From Octopus vulgaris (Eukaryota), in assembly GCA_951406725.2 (NCBI GenBank), contig OX597830.1, positions 43,152,001-43,216,000 of the forward strand: DNA of 64,000 nucleotides. Reading direction: 5' to 3'. A program made the translations under genes and the position numbers. Below are positions 12,579-27,069 of the stretch, in pieces. The stretch's first letter is position 1. Every line of letters begins with the position of its first letter. The notes beneath the pieces are model-generated. The model was given only the letters and a program-made list of their open reading frames with translations. It made no database searches and was not told the origin of the DNA.

Positions 12579-13622
12579 GAACAAATGTGATGATTGTAAG
12601 AACATCCAACCAGAGAAAAAAATGACAAATAAATATATTCAAATAAAATAGAAAAGACCCTTAAATTATAACTAATAATTTAGGCTGAATATTGATTTCA
12701 AATTTTGGCTCAAGGCCAGCAATTTGGAGGCAGGGAGTGCAAGTCAATTACATCGACCCCAGTGTCCTATGAATACTTATTTTATCAAACCCAAAAGGAT
12801 GAAAAGCAAAGTTGACCACAGTGGAATTTAAACTCAGAATGTAAAGGCAGAGGAAACACCGCTAAGCATTTTGCCCAGCATGCTAATGATTCTGCCAGCT
12901 CCCTGCTTTATTTCGATAAATATTACAAATAATTTTCATCTTATAGGATTATGTATAGTTGTGAGGGTGAGGGGTTAGCTTTGCCACCACATGGTTGCAG
13001 CCATTTCCTTTTTATTTTTAACACTGTGATAGACTTGGTCTGTCAGCCCTCTTACCACAATACCTGGCCCTTGGTGCTTTAAACCTAGTCTTGTGGTGGT
13101 CTGCCCTAGAACAAGCCCTGTGCATATGGACCTTCTACAGTGCTCTCTACATGACCTGAGAGGACCCATACCCTCTCCTGCTGCCATTAAGTAGATTACT
13201 GCAACCTTGGCTACCATGACTTGACCTGGGACAAACACTGGGGTGGTTTCCCACTGTTTTCTTCAGGCAGGTGGGATTTGAACTCAGAATGTAGAGAACC
13301 ATAAAGCATCTCTGCCAACATGCTAATAATTCTGCCACTCTGCCACCCACAGATCAATGTGAAATGGAATATTTTAATCAAGAACACAATGTGCCAGGAA
13401 TCAGACCCATGATTTAGTGGTTTTGAGAGAAACACCCTAACCACTAGGCACATACCTTCACATGCAGCTTTAAGCAGGGACCACTATATTATAAGCATTT
13501 GGGCCAGCTCATAGGTCCCTTTCTCCTACCAGTATTGGAGGCCTAGAAAAAGTTGATAAGTGCTGCCCCTGTTTCTTCTGACCAAATCAATAAACAAACA
13601 AAATTTAAAACTTCAGACTTAC

Positions 13623-13773
13623 TTTGTTCAAATCTTCTTGTAAGTCACATTTGACGAGAGCCAAATCTTTCAATTTGTCACTGGGTATTCCAATAGTTGT
13701 GTAATCAACTGCTTGATCAGCATATTCCGTCATATTTATGTGAGGAAAATATTTTGTGATTTTAATTGCATTA
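13623..13773 (-). CDS. SLC6 transporter exon, extended extracellular loop 4
   Basis: Encodes (N)NAIKITKYFPHINMTEYADQAVDYTTIGIPSDKLKDLALVKCDLQEDLNK. Polypyrimidine tract plus ttcag|T acceptor, AAA|gtaagt donor; 151 nt, phase 2/0, which bridges the flanking exons exactly. A long EL4 ending C.L..EL is typical of the B0AT-type subgroup. Confidence 0.85.
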
Positions 13774-14622
13774 CTGAAATTAGAGAAGAAAAAAAAAGTA
13801 TTAAATGGAATTTGAAAAATTAACACTGATTTCTTACAAAGGCACAAAGTTACAAATTTAGTGGGAAAAGAAAAATCGAGTATATGACCCCCCACCCCAC
13901 CCCAACCTCATTGGGCTGGTATTTTATTTTATTAACTTTGGAAGGATGAAAGGTAACATTAATTGCAGATGAATTGGGAAGATCTGTTGAGTCAAGTGAA
14001 ATCTTTGTTGTGGCTGATGCCAGTACCACCTGACTGGTACCTGTGCTGGTGGCACATAAAAAGCACCATTCAAGTGTAGCTGATGCCAGTACCACCTGAC
14101 TGGCTCTCATGCTGGTAGCACATGAAAAAGCACCTACTACACTCTCAGAGCGGTTGGCATTACAAAGGGCATCCAGCTGTAGAAACCTTGCCTGATCAGA
14201 TTGGAGCCTGGTGCAGCTTCCTGGCTTGATAGTCATCGGTCAAACCATCCAACCTATGCCAGCATGGAAAGCAGATGTTAAACGATGATGAAAATGATGA
14301 TGATGATGATGATAAACAAGAAGAACCAGAACTAAAGCTTCAAAACAGTTTGTCAAATGCTTTTGTGATTTTACCAATCATCGTTGTCATCGTCATTGTC
14401 ATCATCATCATCATCATCATCATCATCGTTTAACATCCGCTTTCCATGCTGGCATGGGTTGGACGATTTGACTGAGGTCTGGAAAGCCAGGAGGCTGCAC
14501 CAGGCTCCAATCTGATCAGGCAAGGTTTCTACAGCTGGATGCCCTTTGTAATGCCAACAACTCTGCATTGACTATGCTTGAATCGTGCATTATACGTACC
14601 ACTAGCACAGGAGCTATACACA

Positions 14623-14671
<49 letters not shown>

Positions 14672-17200
14672 GTACAATGGGCCTCTTTTCAGTTTCCATC
14701 CACCAAATCCACAAACAAGGCCCCAATATATCATCATAATACAATTCTGTGAATGCAACGTAGCCTAATGATAGGGTGTTGCACTTGTGATCAGTAAATC
14801 GAGAGTTCAATTCCCAGACCAGGTGGTGAGTTGCGTTCTTGAGCAAAATACTTCATTTCATGTTGCTGCAGTCCACTCAGCCGTAAATGGGTAACTCTAC
14901 GACAGAGTAGCCTTCTGACCAGGGAAAATGCCGACCTGTTCACCCCACCCAGTTGGGTTGGCATCATTCAAAAGCTAAAAAAACAATGCAAAGCACATTG
15001 TGACCAGCAAGGTATAACAACATCAGAGAGTCTGGTTGATCAAGTGAATACCATTCTGTTGGCTTTGAAAAATTAGCAAAAAAAAGGAAAAAAAAATCTG
15101 TTTCCATTATCTTCAGCATTTATAAGGCTGCGAACTGACAGAATCATTTGCATGCTGGACATAAAGCTTAGCAGCGTTTTGTCCGTCTTTGTGTTCTGAG
15201 TTCAAATGCCACCAAGGTCAACTTTGCCTTTCATCCTGGGGTCGATGTAATTGATTTACCCCCACTCCTCCAAAATTCCACACCTTGTGCCTCGAGTAGA
15301 ATGGATTAGCTCGAGCATTTGTCAAATACGAATGTCCTCTTAATCCTCTAGCCAGCTCAATTGTTCTACCTGTTCAAACTGGCCAGATCTGACCTCTCGC
15401 ACCCATCCAACAATGTCATTAAAAAAAATAAACAATCACAGCATTGAAATCTTGAAGCTATGAGATAATTCATGATTATTATATTAAAAAAAGTGAATGA
15501 ATAAGCAATATATTTGGTAGAGAAATATGAATGCAAAAAGAGTTAAACATTACACAATAATCGATTCTCCCAAAGAAGTAAAGTTCATTTCTTTCCTCCC
15601 CAAGAAGAGGTGGGGAGGATAAAAATCACCATTATCATTTAACATCTGTTTTCCATGCTGTTATAGGTTGGACAGTTTAAGAGGAGATGGCATGGCTGGA
15701 CAGCTGCACCAGGTTCCATTTGTCTGCTTTGGTATAGTTTCTAGCATGGTTGATACCAGTATTAGCTGACTAGCCCTTGTGCCGGTGACACATTAAAAGC
15801 ACCATTTGAGCATGGTTGATACCAGTGCTGGCTGACTGGTCCCATGCCGATGGCATGTAAAAAGATCATTCAAGCGTGGTTGTTGCCAGGGCCACCAGAC
15901 TGGCCCCCATGCTGGTGGCACATAAAAAGCACCCACTACACACTCAGAGTGGTTGGTGTTAGGTAGGGCATCCAGCTGTAGAAACACTACCAGATTGGAT
16001 TGGAGCCTTCTGGCTCACCAGCCCCCAGTCAAACTGTCCAACCCATGCCAGAATGGAAAGCGGATGTTAAACGACGATGATAATGATGATGACGATGCCC
16101 TTCCTAATGCCAACCACTCTACAAATAGTACTGGGTGCTTTTCACAAAGTGCCAGCACAGATGTTTTATTAAATGGCAAATGAAATAAAACTGCTGCAAG
16201 TAGTTAATTCCAGTGCAGCAGTGTCTTCAATGTGGAACCATATTCTAAATGGAAAAGAAATGGCTTTAGCAAACTTTCTCAAGGTACAATCCTTGCAACC
16301 AAAGTTCTCAGAAATTTCAAACCTCAAATCACTTTGAATGGAACCATTCTGCCATTTCAACTCATAACAGTTCTAGGTTCAGCACAAGGGCAGCAATTTT
16401 AAGGGGAAAGGAAAGTTGATACCATCAACACCCCAGTAAATGACTGGTACTATATTTCATTGACCCTGGAAGGATGAAAGCTGACTTTGATGGGATTTGA
16501 ACTCAGAACATAGCAAGCAGGAAGAAATACTACAAGGCATTTCTTTTGATGCTCTACTGATTCTGACATGTGACAGGTGAAATCCAGACATTTCATGGCA
16601 AAATAATAAATCGATAAAAGCAGTCTATTTATAAAAAAAAAAAAACCTGAAGCAGGCAGCTTTTGTCATCATTGTCATTGTCAGTGTGACCACCACTACC
16701 GTCACCACCACCAATATATATATCTATCTAAGGCTGGCAAAATCATTAGCGCACCGGGCAAAACACTTAGAAAGTAAAGACAGACAAAATACCACTAAGT
16801 TCAAATTCCACCGAAGTTGACTTTGCCTTTCATGCTTTTGGGATCAATAAATTAAGTACCAGCTGCATACTGTGGTCGATCTAATTGACTGCCCCTTCCC
16901 CAAAATTTCGGGCCTTGTACCTAAAGTAGAAAAGATTATATGTATATTTATCTGCAAAATATCCTCTACTATAAATCTGCTAAGGGTCTCCCTCAATTCC
17001 TTCTTCTCTGAAGATGGAATAGTCCCTTAATATATGGAGAGCTTATCTTCATCAGCTGAGAAATGCACCATGTGTGCATCTATTTGGGAAACGGTAAGAG
17101 GCCATCTGCAAACCTTGCTCCCTTATTTTTTACAATACACTTAATTCAGTTCTAACAACTCTACATCTATGTTTGGGTATATAAATTCCATGCTCTAAGC

Positions 17201-17388
17201 CAGAGGTCCCCAAATTTTTTAGACCATCGACCCCTTCAAGGAATCTTTGACCCCCTCATCGACCCCAGGCATGTACAGGAAAATAATAATAATAATTAAG
17301 TAGATGTGCACTTTCCTGGCATTATCGACCTCTTGAATTGTTCCATCAACCCCCAGGGGATCGATATTGACGACCTTGGAGACCCTTG
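17201..17388. mobile_element. hAT-type MITE
   Basis: TIRs CAGAGGTCCCCAA / TTGGAGACCCTTG; 8-bp TSD CTCTAAGC / CTCTAAGA. Confidence 0.65.
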
Positions 17389-18057
17389 CTCTAAGATGAT
17401 AGCAATTTGTTTGCCTATTCATTCTTTCTTTCTATTGCACTTCACACACACACACACACACACATACATAGAAATATGAATTAGAATCAGCACCAGTGTC
17501 GTAGACATTATCAACCAAACTCAATGTATGTGCTTTGTTTGTTTGCTGGCTGGCTGTGGCTGGCATGGTGGAGATGACTCCCTCAAAGCCTGAAAGTCAT
17601 AGACAGGCCAGACAACTTTCCCCAAATCCCTGGTTTTGTTTTGGGGAGAGTTATCTCCACCACATCAGATCACAGCCATTTGGCACAAACATAAGTTAAA
17701 TATGTGAGTTTGATAATGTCTATATGGCTGTGAGCGTGTGCATGTCTGTGCTTGGGTTTGTGTGTGTGTATGTGTAAGTGTTTACTATCTCTTTGCCTTG
17801 ACTTCATGTGATGGTTACAAATGAGTGTCACCTTGGAAACAGGTGAGGGTCGGTGACAAGAAGAGCACCCAGCTGTGAAAAAATGAGTCTCAACAAATTC
17901 TGTCTGACCCATGCAAACATGGAAAAGTGGATGGTAAATGGTGGTGATGATGATGACGATGACGACGATGAAGATGATAATGACGATGATGGTGAACATA
18001 ATGGTTATTTAGATTTTGAGCACAATGAGGAAATCCAAAGTTAGAATAAGGACTTAC

Positions 18058-18299
18058 TTTGACAGACAGTGTTCAAACATTAGGGTGGCTTTATAACCAA
18101 GAATTGAGAAGATCACGAGGCACGCATAGATGGCAGTCAACCAGTTGCATATGGAGACAAGAATGGCATCATTCTGGCAGTTATTGGTTGGTTTATTATA
18201 ACTGGCAAAGGCAATTAATCCACCGAAAGCCAAACCAAAAGAGTAAAATATTTGAGCAGCAGCATCAAGCCAAACTAATGGGTCTTTGAGACGTTCCAG
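18058..18299 (-). CDS. SLC6 transporter exon, TM6-TM7
   Basis: Encodes [35 protein letters not shown]...[28 protein letters not shown]...HCLS. Acceptor ctaaag|CTG, donor AA|gtaagt; 242 nt, phase 0/2. Confidence 0.95.
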
Positions 18300-19156
18300 C
18301 TTTAGAATAGAAAGAAAATAAAAAATACACAAAAGATGAAATATTAACAACACATGAGAGAGTGGGCATTGTGTTTTATTAAAGATTGATAAGAATTTAA
18401 AAGAAATAGAAAAACAATTAAAAATAAATATTGGTTTCAAATTTGGGTACAAGGTGCCATGCAGTGGAACTGAACCCGCAAGCTACTTACCACACATCCA
18501 CTGCTGCACCTCGGTGAAATTACTCAGCAAAATAACAATAAATGCAACATATGATGTATTTTCAATTGTCTTAATGCAACAAACTGGATTGGTTGATCAT
18601 TTCTCACTCTACAATCTATATTCTGATAAATTGTTGCTTAGTAACAAGTTAGCCAAGATCGACGACCCCGTGTCTCATGTCTCTCTTTTTTTTTTTTTTT
18701 TTTTTGTCTCTTCAAGACTGTGATGTGAAGGAAATTTGGTTCCTCTTTCTGGAAGACCAAATGACCGAATAGCGATCATTCTGCATGGGAAGTTAATGAA
18801 ACACTCCGAAAATTTGCTGTGTTCCCATTGCTTACAACCCTGATCTATACTTTTCTGTTATATTTTTTTTATTTCTTCATTTTGATAGCTAAGAGGATAA
18901 CAGTGCAGCTACTAACACGCACGCGCGCGCGACATTACTTATCCCTCGTAACGGTACAGTGCAAATAAAAACATTGTTTATCTTCCCTCCCAATCATATT
19001 TGCAGGTTGGGATCACAATCTACGGACTATTTTAAAGGTCATAACGCAGTGATCTCCCTTGGAGTGCAACTGTCCAACAACTTGAATTTACGCATGAATG
19101 CTTTCGACGCTTCAATGATTTCTTTCAGTCAACATTCTCAGAAATAACATTGAAAG

Positions 19157-19254
<98 letters not shown>

Positions 19255-19310
19255 AATAAAAAAATAAGCATATTATTATGAAATAGATCATTTTTAATAG
19301 ATCGATAATT

Positions 19311-19365
<55 letters not shown>

Positions 19366-19418
19366 GTCTGTCTGCCTGTCTGTCTGTCTATCCGTCCGTC
19401 CGCCTGTCCGTCCGTCCA

Positions 19419-19481
<63 letters not shown>

Positions 19482-19565
19482 CTCCCTATCTATTTATCTA
19501 TCTCTATGTATCTATCTCTCTATATGTCTGTCTGTCTGTCCGTTTGCCCGTCTATCTATCTATCT

Positions 19566-19604
<39 letters not shown>

Positions 19605-19630
19605 CTGTCTGTCTGTCTGTCTATCTATCC
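19157..19630. repeat. (AAT)n and (TATC/TGTC)n microsatellite cluster
   Basis: Direct reading. Confidence 0.9.
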
Positions 19631-19639
19631 ATATGATTT

Positions 19640-19910
19640 TAGCAACTAACTTCTCCAGACCAATGCAACTCTTCCACACCAGATGTCCTGATCCTCCATA
19701 CAAATTTCTTTGTCCTTAGCCTGACATCTATTATCTTCCACATGTTCATCAATGCATGCTCTTCTCAGTCTGCTGATTCCTCCATGTCCCTGCATGCATT
19801 TCCAGAGAAAGAGATCGCTGAATATTTCTTCCTTGCTTCCCCCAAAGTCTCCTGCACAATGTTTTCTTCTTTCTCTGATTACCAAAGTAACTGAGTTCAT
19901 GCAATAGTAA
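19640..19910 (-). mobile_element. Decayed LINE (RTE-like) C-terminal fragment
   Basis: RERRKHCAGDFGGSKEE...L.W...GR-like end-of-ORF2 pattern with frameshifts. Confidence 0.4.
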
Positions 19911-21279
19911 ACTCGTACAAAACTGTAGACGCAGGAGTGGCTTTGTGGTAAGTAGGTTGCTTACCAACCACATGGTTCCAGGTTCATTCCCACTGCATGG
20001 CACCCTGGGCAAGTGTCTTCTGCTATAGCATCGGGCTGACCAAAGCCTTGTGAGTGGATTTGGTAGATGGAAACTGAAAGAAGCCTGTCATATATATGTA
20101 TATATGTATATGTATATATATATATATGTATGTGTGTGTATATGTCTGTGTGTTCGTGTTTGTCCCCCGAACATCGCTTGACAACCGATGGTGGTGTGTT
20201 TATGTCCCCATAACTTAGCAGTTCGGCAAAAGAGACCGATAGAATAAGTACCATGCTTCCAAAGAATAAGTCCTGGGACCGATTTGCTCAAAAAAAGGCG
20301 GTGCTCCAGCATGGTCGCAGTCAAATGACTGAAAGAAGTAAAAGAGTAAAAGAGAGTATAGGAGCAAGGCTTTCTTTCTAAACCACATGGTCCCCTGTTC
20401 AATCCCATGGTGTGTCCCCTTTGGTGAGTGTATTCTACTATAGCACCAGGCTCACCAAAGAATTGTGAGTGGATTTGGTGTATGTATATATTACATATAT
20501 ATCATCATCATCATCATCATTTAACGTCCGTTGTCCATGCTGGCATAGGTTGGACAGTTTAACCGTACTGGTATGCTGGAAGGCCGCACCAGACTCCAAT
20601 CTGATTTGGCATGGTTTTCTACAGCTGGATGCCCTTCCTAATGCCAACGACTCTGAGAGTGTAATGGATGCTTTTATGTGCTACTGGCACAGGTGCCATT
20701 TGTGTGATATATATGTACATATACACACACACATATATGAGTGTGTGTTTGTGTGTGTCACCCATCACTGCTTGACTGCTGGTGCTGGTATGTTTACATC
20801 TCCATAACTTAGCAGTTTGGCAAAAGAGACCAATAAAATAAAGTACTAGGCTTAAAAAAGGAAAAAAAAAATTAGTACTGGGGTCGATTCATTTGACTAA
20901 AAGAAATACTTCAAAGTGGAGCCCCAGTATGGGCACTTAGTAAAAGGCAAAATATTAAAAAATTTATGACAACGAAAGGCCATCAAGTACTCGGCTCAGT
21001 AAAGTACGAATGTACTGAGTACGAGCAAGAATTTAATTGACCCCCACCCCCACCCCCACCCTCAGTCAAAGCATCATTTTCTTGAGCCTAAGTAAGAAAT
21101 CAATCCTGAACTATTGACTGAGAGAGGAATCGAAACAGAACGTCATTATACCAATTAGATGACGTGGTGATGCTGTTGTCATGACTACAGGAAGAACTAA
21201 CAATGACACAAGTATCATGGGCTGGGGAGGGGGGTGCGTAAGGAGTTTCTCTCCACTTTTCTTTAATTCCTGCCTCTTC

Positions 21280-21310
<31 letters not shown>

Positions 21311-21479
21311 CTGACTCTGTCACATCTAATCGTTGTGGACAATTCAATATGTGTAACTCCTTTGTATAACCCTCACCACCACCACCACCACCACCAACTT
21401 TCTTTGCTTCTCACTCACTGATCAGGGTTTCATCATCAGCAACTGCACATGTGCACACAGGCATGAATGCACATGCACA

Positions 21480-21855
<376 letters not shown>

Positions 21856-22005
21856 AATTTAACATGGGCAATTCTTTCTTGTCTTGGGATTCACGGTCAA
21901 ATGGCTGGGTGGAATTGCGCGAAAAATTACACATATGTGTAGAATGATCCAGTGATGTTACTGGGATTTCTATATTTTTCATAGCATCCATGGTTACTGA
22001 GATAA

Positions 22006-22704
22006 TCTACTATAATGATACTCTTGTGTTTATGAATGAGAAAGGAAGGGGTGATATATAAATAAGGAAGGAAGGGGTGATATCATACTTGGTAATGGGA
22101 TGACGAAAATAGTACGCTGAAAAAATAAATCAAACAGTGTTTCAACTCTGTATAAATATATGTGTGTATATGTAAAAGGGGGAGGGGTATGTGAATGTGT
22201 GTGTGTGTGTGTGTGTGTGCATGTATGTGCATACGCAATGGAAGTAGGATTTTTTGTGGTGTCTTTCTTTGTAGTGTTTCAGTTATTTGTGTTTTCAGTT
22301 TCAGATGGGTTTTTTCCCTTTTGGTTTTTAAATTTTGTGTAATATTTCACAGTGAAGTTGAGGTATTTAATGTTTTTCAGTTATTATTTTTTGTTGTTTT
22401 TTGACCTTTGAAAATTTAAAAGATTTTTTACCTAATTTTCATTTCTTTTAATTTTTGTTTTATTTTTAAGTTTGTTTTTGTTGTTTTGCATCTTTATGTT
22501 TTGCATTTTTGTTCGTTTACTATTTGGGTTTATGTTTATATTTGGTTGAATCTTGGTTGTTTTTTTTTTGTTTGTCAGTTATTTTTTGTGTTTGACCGTA
22601 AAAGGTCATTCTAAAATTGTAAGCGTGCCCAAAAAAGTCAAATGCTTATGCTTACACAGCCACATCATCCAAACCGACCGGGTGAAACTGGGCTTAGCTG
22701 CTAG
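22006..22704 (+). mobile_element. Probable non-autonomous Helitron
   Basis: 5' end A|TCTACTATA... and 3' end CCGG-GTGAAA-CTGG hairpin about 10 nt before CTAG|T. It is inserted at AT with no TSD. Confidence 0.5.
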
Positions 22705-22955
22705 TATATTTATATATATATATATGTTATACATATATGTATATATATATATATAACCAACAACTGATGAAGGGTCGTTCTTTATGTTGTTTGTCTTGTT
22801 TTCCATTTGTGTTTTTTGTTGTTTGAAAAAATAGTTCATATTCCATGTCCTTGTACTTCATATTTTTTGTTGTACTTGTTTCATGACATCCTGTGCCCAC
22901 ATATGCATACATATATACGTATAGATGTAAGTATGTACATATACGTATGTATATA

Positions 22956-22998
<43 letters not shown>

Positions 22999-23000
<2 letters not shown>

Positions 23001-23760
23001 TCATCATCATCATTTAATGTCCGTTTTCCATGCTGGTATGGGTTGGACGGTTCGACTGCAGTCTGGGAAGTCAGGAGGCTGCACCATGCTCCAGTCTGAT
23101 CTGGCATTGTTTCTACAGTTGGATACCCTTCCTAACGTCAACCACTCCAAAAGTGTAGTGGGTGCTTTTTACACACCACCGGCATGAGTCAGAAGTGGCT
23201 GGCAATGACCATGATTGGTTGGTGCTTTTTAGGTGTCACTGGCATGGAAGCCAGTCAAGGTGGCACTGGTATTGGCTTTTTATATGCCACCTGCATGAGG
23301 ATCACAACTACAATTTCCATTTGATTTTGATTTTGATTTTGATGTACCTGACTCAATAGGTTTCCTCAAGCACAGCATGTCGTCCTATGATCCAAGGTAC
23401 TTTTGAGTGGGCTGGGGCTGGTTATGCGACACTAGTGTAAGTTACAGCTGTGAACTCACTTTATTTGCTGGATCTTCGCAGTCACACCATATCTCTAGAG
23501 GTCTCAGTCTTTCGTCATTGCCTCTGTGAGGCCCAACGTTTGAAGGTCATGCTTCACCACCTCATTCCTTGTCTTCTTGGCTCTACCTCTACCCTAGATT
23601 CCTTCAACTGTTTGGGCGTGTCATTCTTCCCACAGCTCTCCTCATCCATCCATGGTACATGGCCATACCAGCGCAAACGTTTCTCTTGCATGCCACATCT
23701 GATGCTTCTTATGTCCAATATTTCTCTCAGGGAGCTTACACTGTCATGTGTGCACACTGA
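22999..23760 (-). mobile_element. RTE-clade LINE 3' fragment
   Basis: ORF 23554-23757 (QEKRLRWYGHV) is homologous to 11737-12021 and is followed by the same 3' UTR and tail. Confidence 0.8.
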
Positions 23761-23816
23761 TATATATATATATTTTTTTTTTCCTTGTTAATTGTTAACA
23801 AGGTAAAAATACACTC

Positions 23817-23850
<34 letters not shown>

Positions 23851-24036
23851 GCTTATCAATATATTTTGCAAGATTTCTGATGTGGACTTGTGTATTGAAA
23901 CAGATATTGTTGTATTTTGGGATGGTCATTTTGTCTTTTTTATGCCAAATAGACACACGGACTATATATTTTTTCTTCACTCACTTATTACTGTTCTTAT
24001 TTTATTATTTTAACTCATGTCCATTGTCCAAATATC

Positions 24037-24064
24037 TTTCGCCACACATCTGTGACCTCTTCAG
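24037..24064 (-). ncRNA. Degenerate hammerhead core inside an inverted repeat (about 23913-24207)
   Basis: Reads CTGAAGA-g-GTCACA-gatg-TGTGGC-GAAA. Stems I and III are decayed. It sits in the spacer between about 120-bp inverted arms. Confidence 0.45.
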
Positions 24065-24381
24065 TGATATTTTTCATATTCGTATGTGTTCTTAACAATG
24101 AATATGAGTTGAAATAATAAAATAAGAACAGTAATAAATGAGTGAAGAAAAATTATTTAGTGTGTGTGTTTATCTGGCAAAAAAAAAGAATGACCGTCCC
24201 AAAATATAATATATATATGTATGTATGTATGTATGTATGCATGTATGTATGTATGTATGTATGTATGTATGTATGTATGTATGTATGTATGTATGTATGT
24301 ATGTATGTATGTATGTATCTATATATATATATATATATATAAATAAATGGAGTTTAACGCAGGTGTAAATCAAATATTTTT

Positions 24382-24467
24382 ACTTTCGACACATGTTTCG
24401 AAAATTCCACTGATACTATTCAAAAGAATAAATGGTATAAACAATGCAATCTTCTCTTCAGGAAAGT
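24382..24467 (-). ncRNA. Type I hammerhead ribozyme fold, fully canonical
   Basis: Reads ACTTTC-CTGAAGA-GAAGATTGCATTG...CAGTGGAATTTTC-GAAACA-TG-TGT-C^GAAAGT. It has a 6-bp stem I, an about 12-bp stem II starting G-C, a short stem III and a GUC cleavage triplet. Confidence 0.8.
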
Positions 24468-25179
24468 GAAAAAAACGAAACTTGTCAATAAGACATTTTA
24501 GCAAAAAATGATGGATTTGTATAACGATTGACTGAACACTATTAATATTGTTTAAAAAAACGTTATATGATACAGAAGGAGTAAGGATATTAATAGTGAA
24601 TGATAAATATAAATTATATATAATGATATATATATTATATATATGAGTCAAGGACATTTACCTCTCATAGACAATTACCCCTGAGGTCAACAGATAATGA
24701 TTTTAAATATTGTAATATATTGGAGAGGGGTAGTTGTCGTTGGGGGAATTGTCCTAATGCAGAAGACATTTTTTACTCAAGGTACCATGCAGAGGGACTG
24801 AACTGAAAACCATGTGGTTGTAAAGTTGGTTTGTTAACCATACCCTAGGCACAATATAGCTGCAAGAAACACTTGAAGGAGGGCTGCAGGTTGTTGCCTA
24901 ATAGGATCCATCCATTCAAATGTTCCATAGTGTCACTTTTGGTTTAAAGCATTACTGAAAGGCTTTTAGCAACAGCATGCAGGAGTAGACATAGCTGTGT
25001 GGTTAGGAAACTTGCTTTGTAATCATGTGGCCCCACGTTCAGTTCCACTATGTGGAACTTTGGACAAGTATTTTCTACTGCAGCTCCAGACTAACAAATG
25101 CCTTGTGAGTGAATCTGGCAGATGGAAACTGTATAGAATCCCATCAAATGTATGTGTGTGTGTGTATGTACACATACAC

Positions 25180-25212
<33 letters not shown>

Positions 25213-25276
25213 TGTATGTATGTATGTGTGTATATATATATATATATATTTGTGTGTCTGTGTGTGTATATACACA

Positions 25277-25310
<34 letters not shown>

Positions 25311-27069
25311 TTTTATAAGTCTGGCCCTTAGGCTGTGGCCATGCTGGGGCATTGCCAGTATAAAAGTGGCTTTTCATATTTGTAAGATTTGTCTGTGTGT
25401 GTGTCTTTGTCTGTATTAGTCATTCACTACCACCATCACCCCCCACCCCCACTTGACAGCTGGTGTTGGTTTATTTGCGTCCCTGTAACTTAGCAGTTTG
25501 ACAAAAAAGACCAACACTGGAGTCGACTTGTTTGACTAAAACCCTTCAAGGTGGTGCCCCAGCATGGCCACAGTTCAATGACTAAAGCAAGTAATAGAGA
25601 AATGACAAAAGTTACGAGTGAGAAGTGATTGATTGATAGTGAAAGGGATTTGGGGTTCCTGGGACGCCAGAGGTTGTTGTTGGTTACTAAGACTTCTGTC
25701 AATATAGGTCAATTCACCTTCCATTTATTTGTTCCAACATGTTATGCCATGAGGGGTGGGGCGTCTTGTTTATATTTACTTCAAGGGGGAAGTCATGGTG
25801 AGAGAGGGCATGCAAACATAATGCGCCATATCTAAGATAATGTCTTTCAGAATTAATCTTCCGTTAGCCAGCAGGTTACTTTATCAAGATTTTATAATGA
25901 GTAGGACCCTTATGGTAGTTAGTCTGCAGTGAAAATATATAGTCAGTACAAGGTGTTGATGTGGCTGTGCGTATATTATTAGAAGAATTCTTACAGAGAA
26001 GAAGAAATAAATTCAAAACTTATAATATTTACTACATAATAATATATTTTATTTACTGGTCGATGATGACACATAGAATCAAAATGTAGAATCTAACTGA
26101 ATGAAGTAATCTATGAAAGAAACTTCAGAGACAGGAAATATAGAAATAACAGCTAAGTGGTAGCTTTCAGTCATGTGGTTTAGAGAAATAGACAAACATG
26201 GCAATGACGTGAATGGCTCTAAGTCTAATCGACTAAGAAGCAAAGAGCGGGGTTAGCAAGCTGTTTTTACTAATGGAATGCTAGACACTCTAGAAACTTC
26301 CAAGAGAAAAACTTTTTGAATCATTAACAATCATGTCTCATGATGCTTCGAGAAACTTAGAGAAGGGAGGTTACTCTATAATCTTTCTTGCAAGGGAGAT
26401 CATTCAACTATGTAGCTACGTAGACAAACTTCAAGTCTGTATGTGCAAGGCCTTCAAATTGCAGTTGAGTCCATAAAATAGTTATAATTCAACCCTGTTT
26501 GAGTAAAACATCCAACCAGTGACATCTATGTTGTTTACCCACCTCCTCCTCACTATGTAGCTGATCTACATATGACATTGATCCTTCACATACGTTGCTT
26601 GATACATAAAAATAATTACAGTTCAATAAAATAAATAGGATATGGTTTAGGTAAAGGCAAATTTATCTAGACTTTTTAATTCGCCCTTTTACTGTTGAAA
26701 TTGGATTTAGCCACTAACAATTTGATTATGCTAAACTGTGGAGAGCAGTTTTATAAACCAATCAATCTTTCGTTGAGGAATTATATTTTGTAGACATATT
26801 GCAAGTCTACTGAAGTAAGGTAACTTGCAGAGAATACCAATTCCACTTTTTTTTATTTTTATGGATATTTAATATCATTCCTGGAATAATCATGAATTTA
26901 TTTTTGCAGTGAAAGGGTTAATAGTACCTTAAAATGGTGCTATACTTTCAAACTTGCAACAGTCTGAGAAGTTCTACGTGAGAATTAATACTTAGATTTA
27001 CTTTCCTAATCCAAGTACAATCTTCAATTTGAAGTCTTTCCAAGTTCAGTTCTTGGGTTAATACAAATA

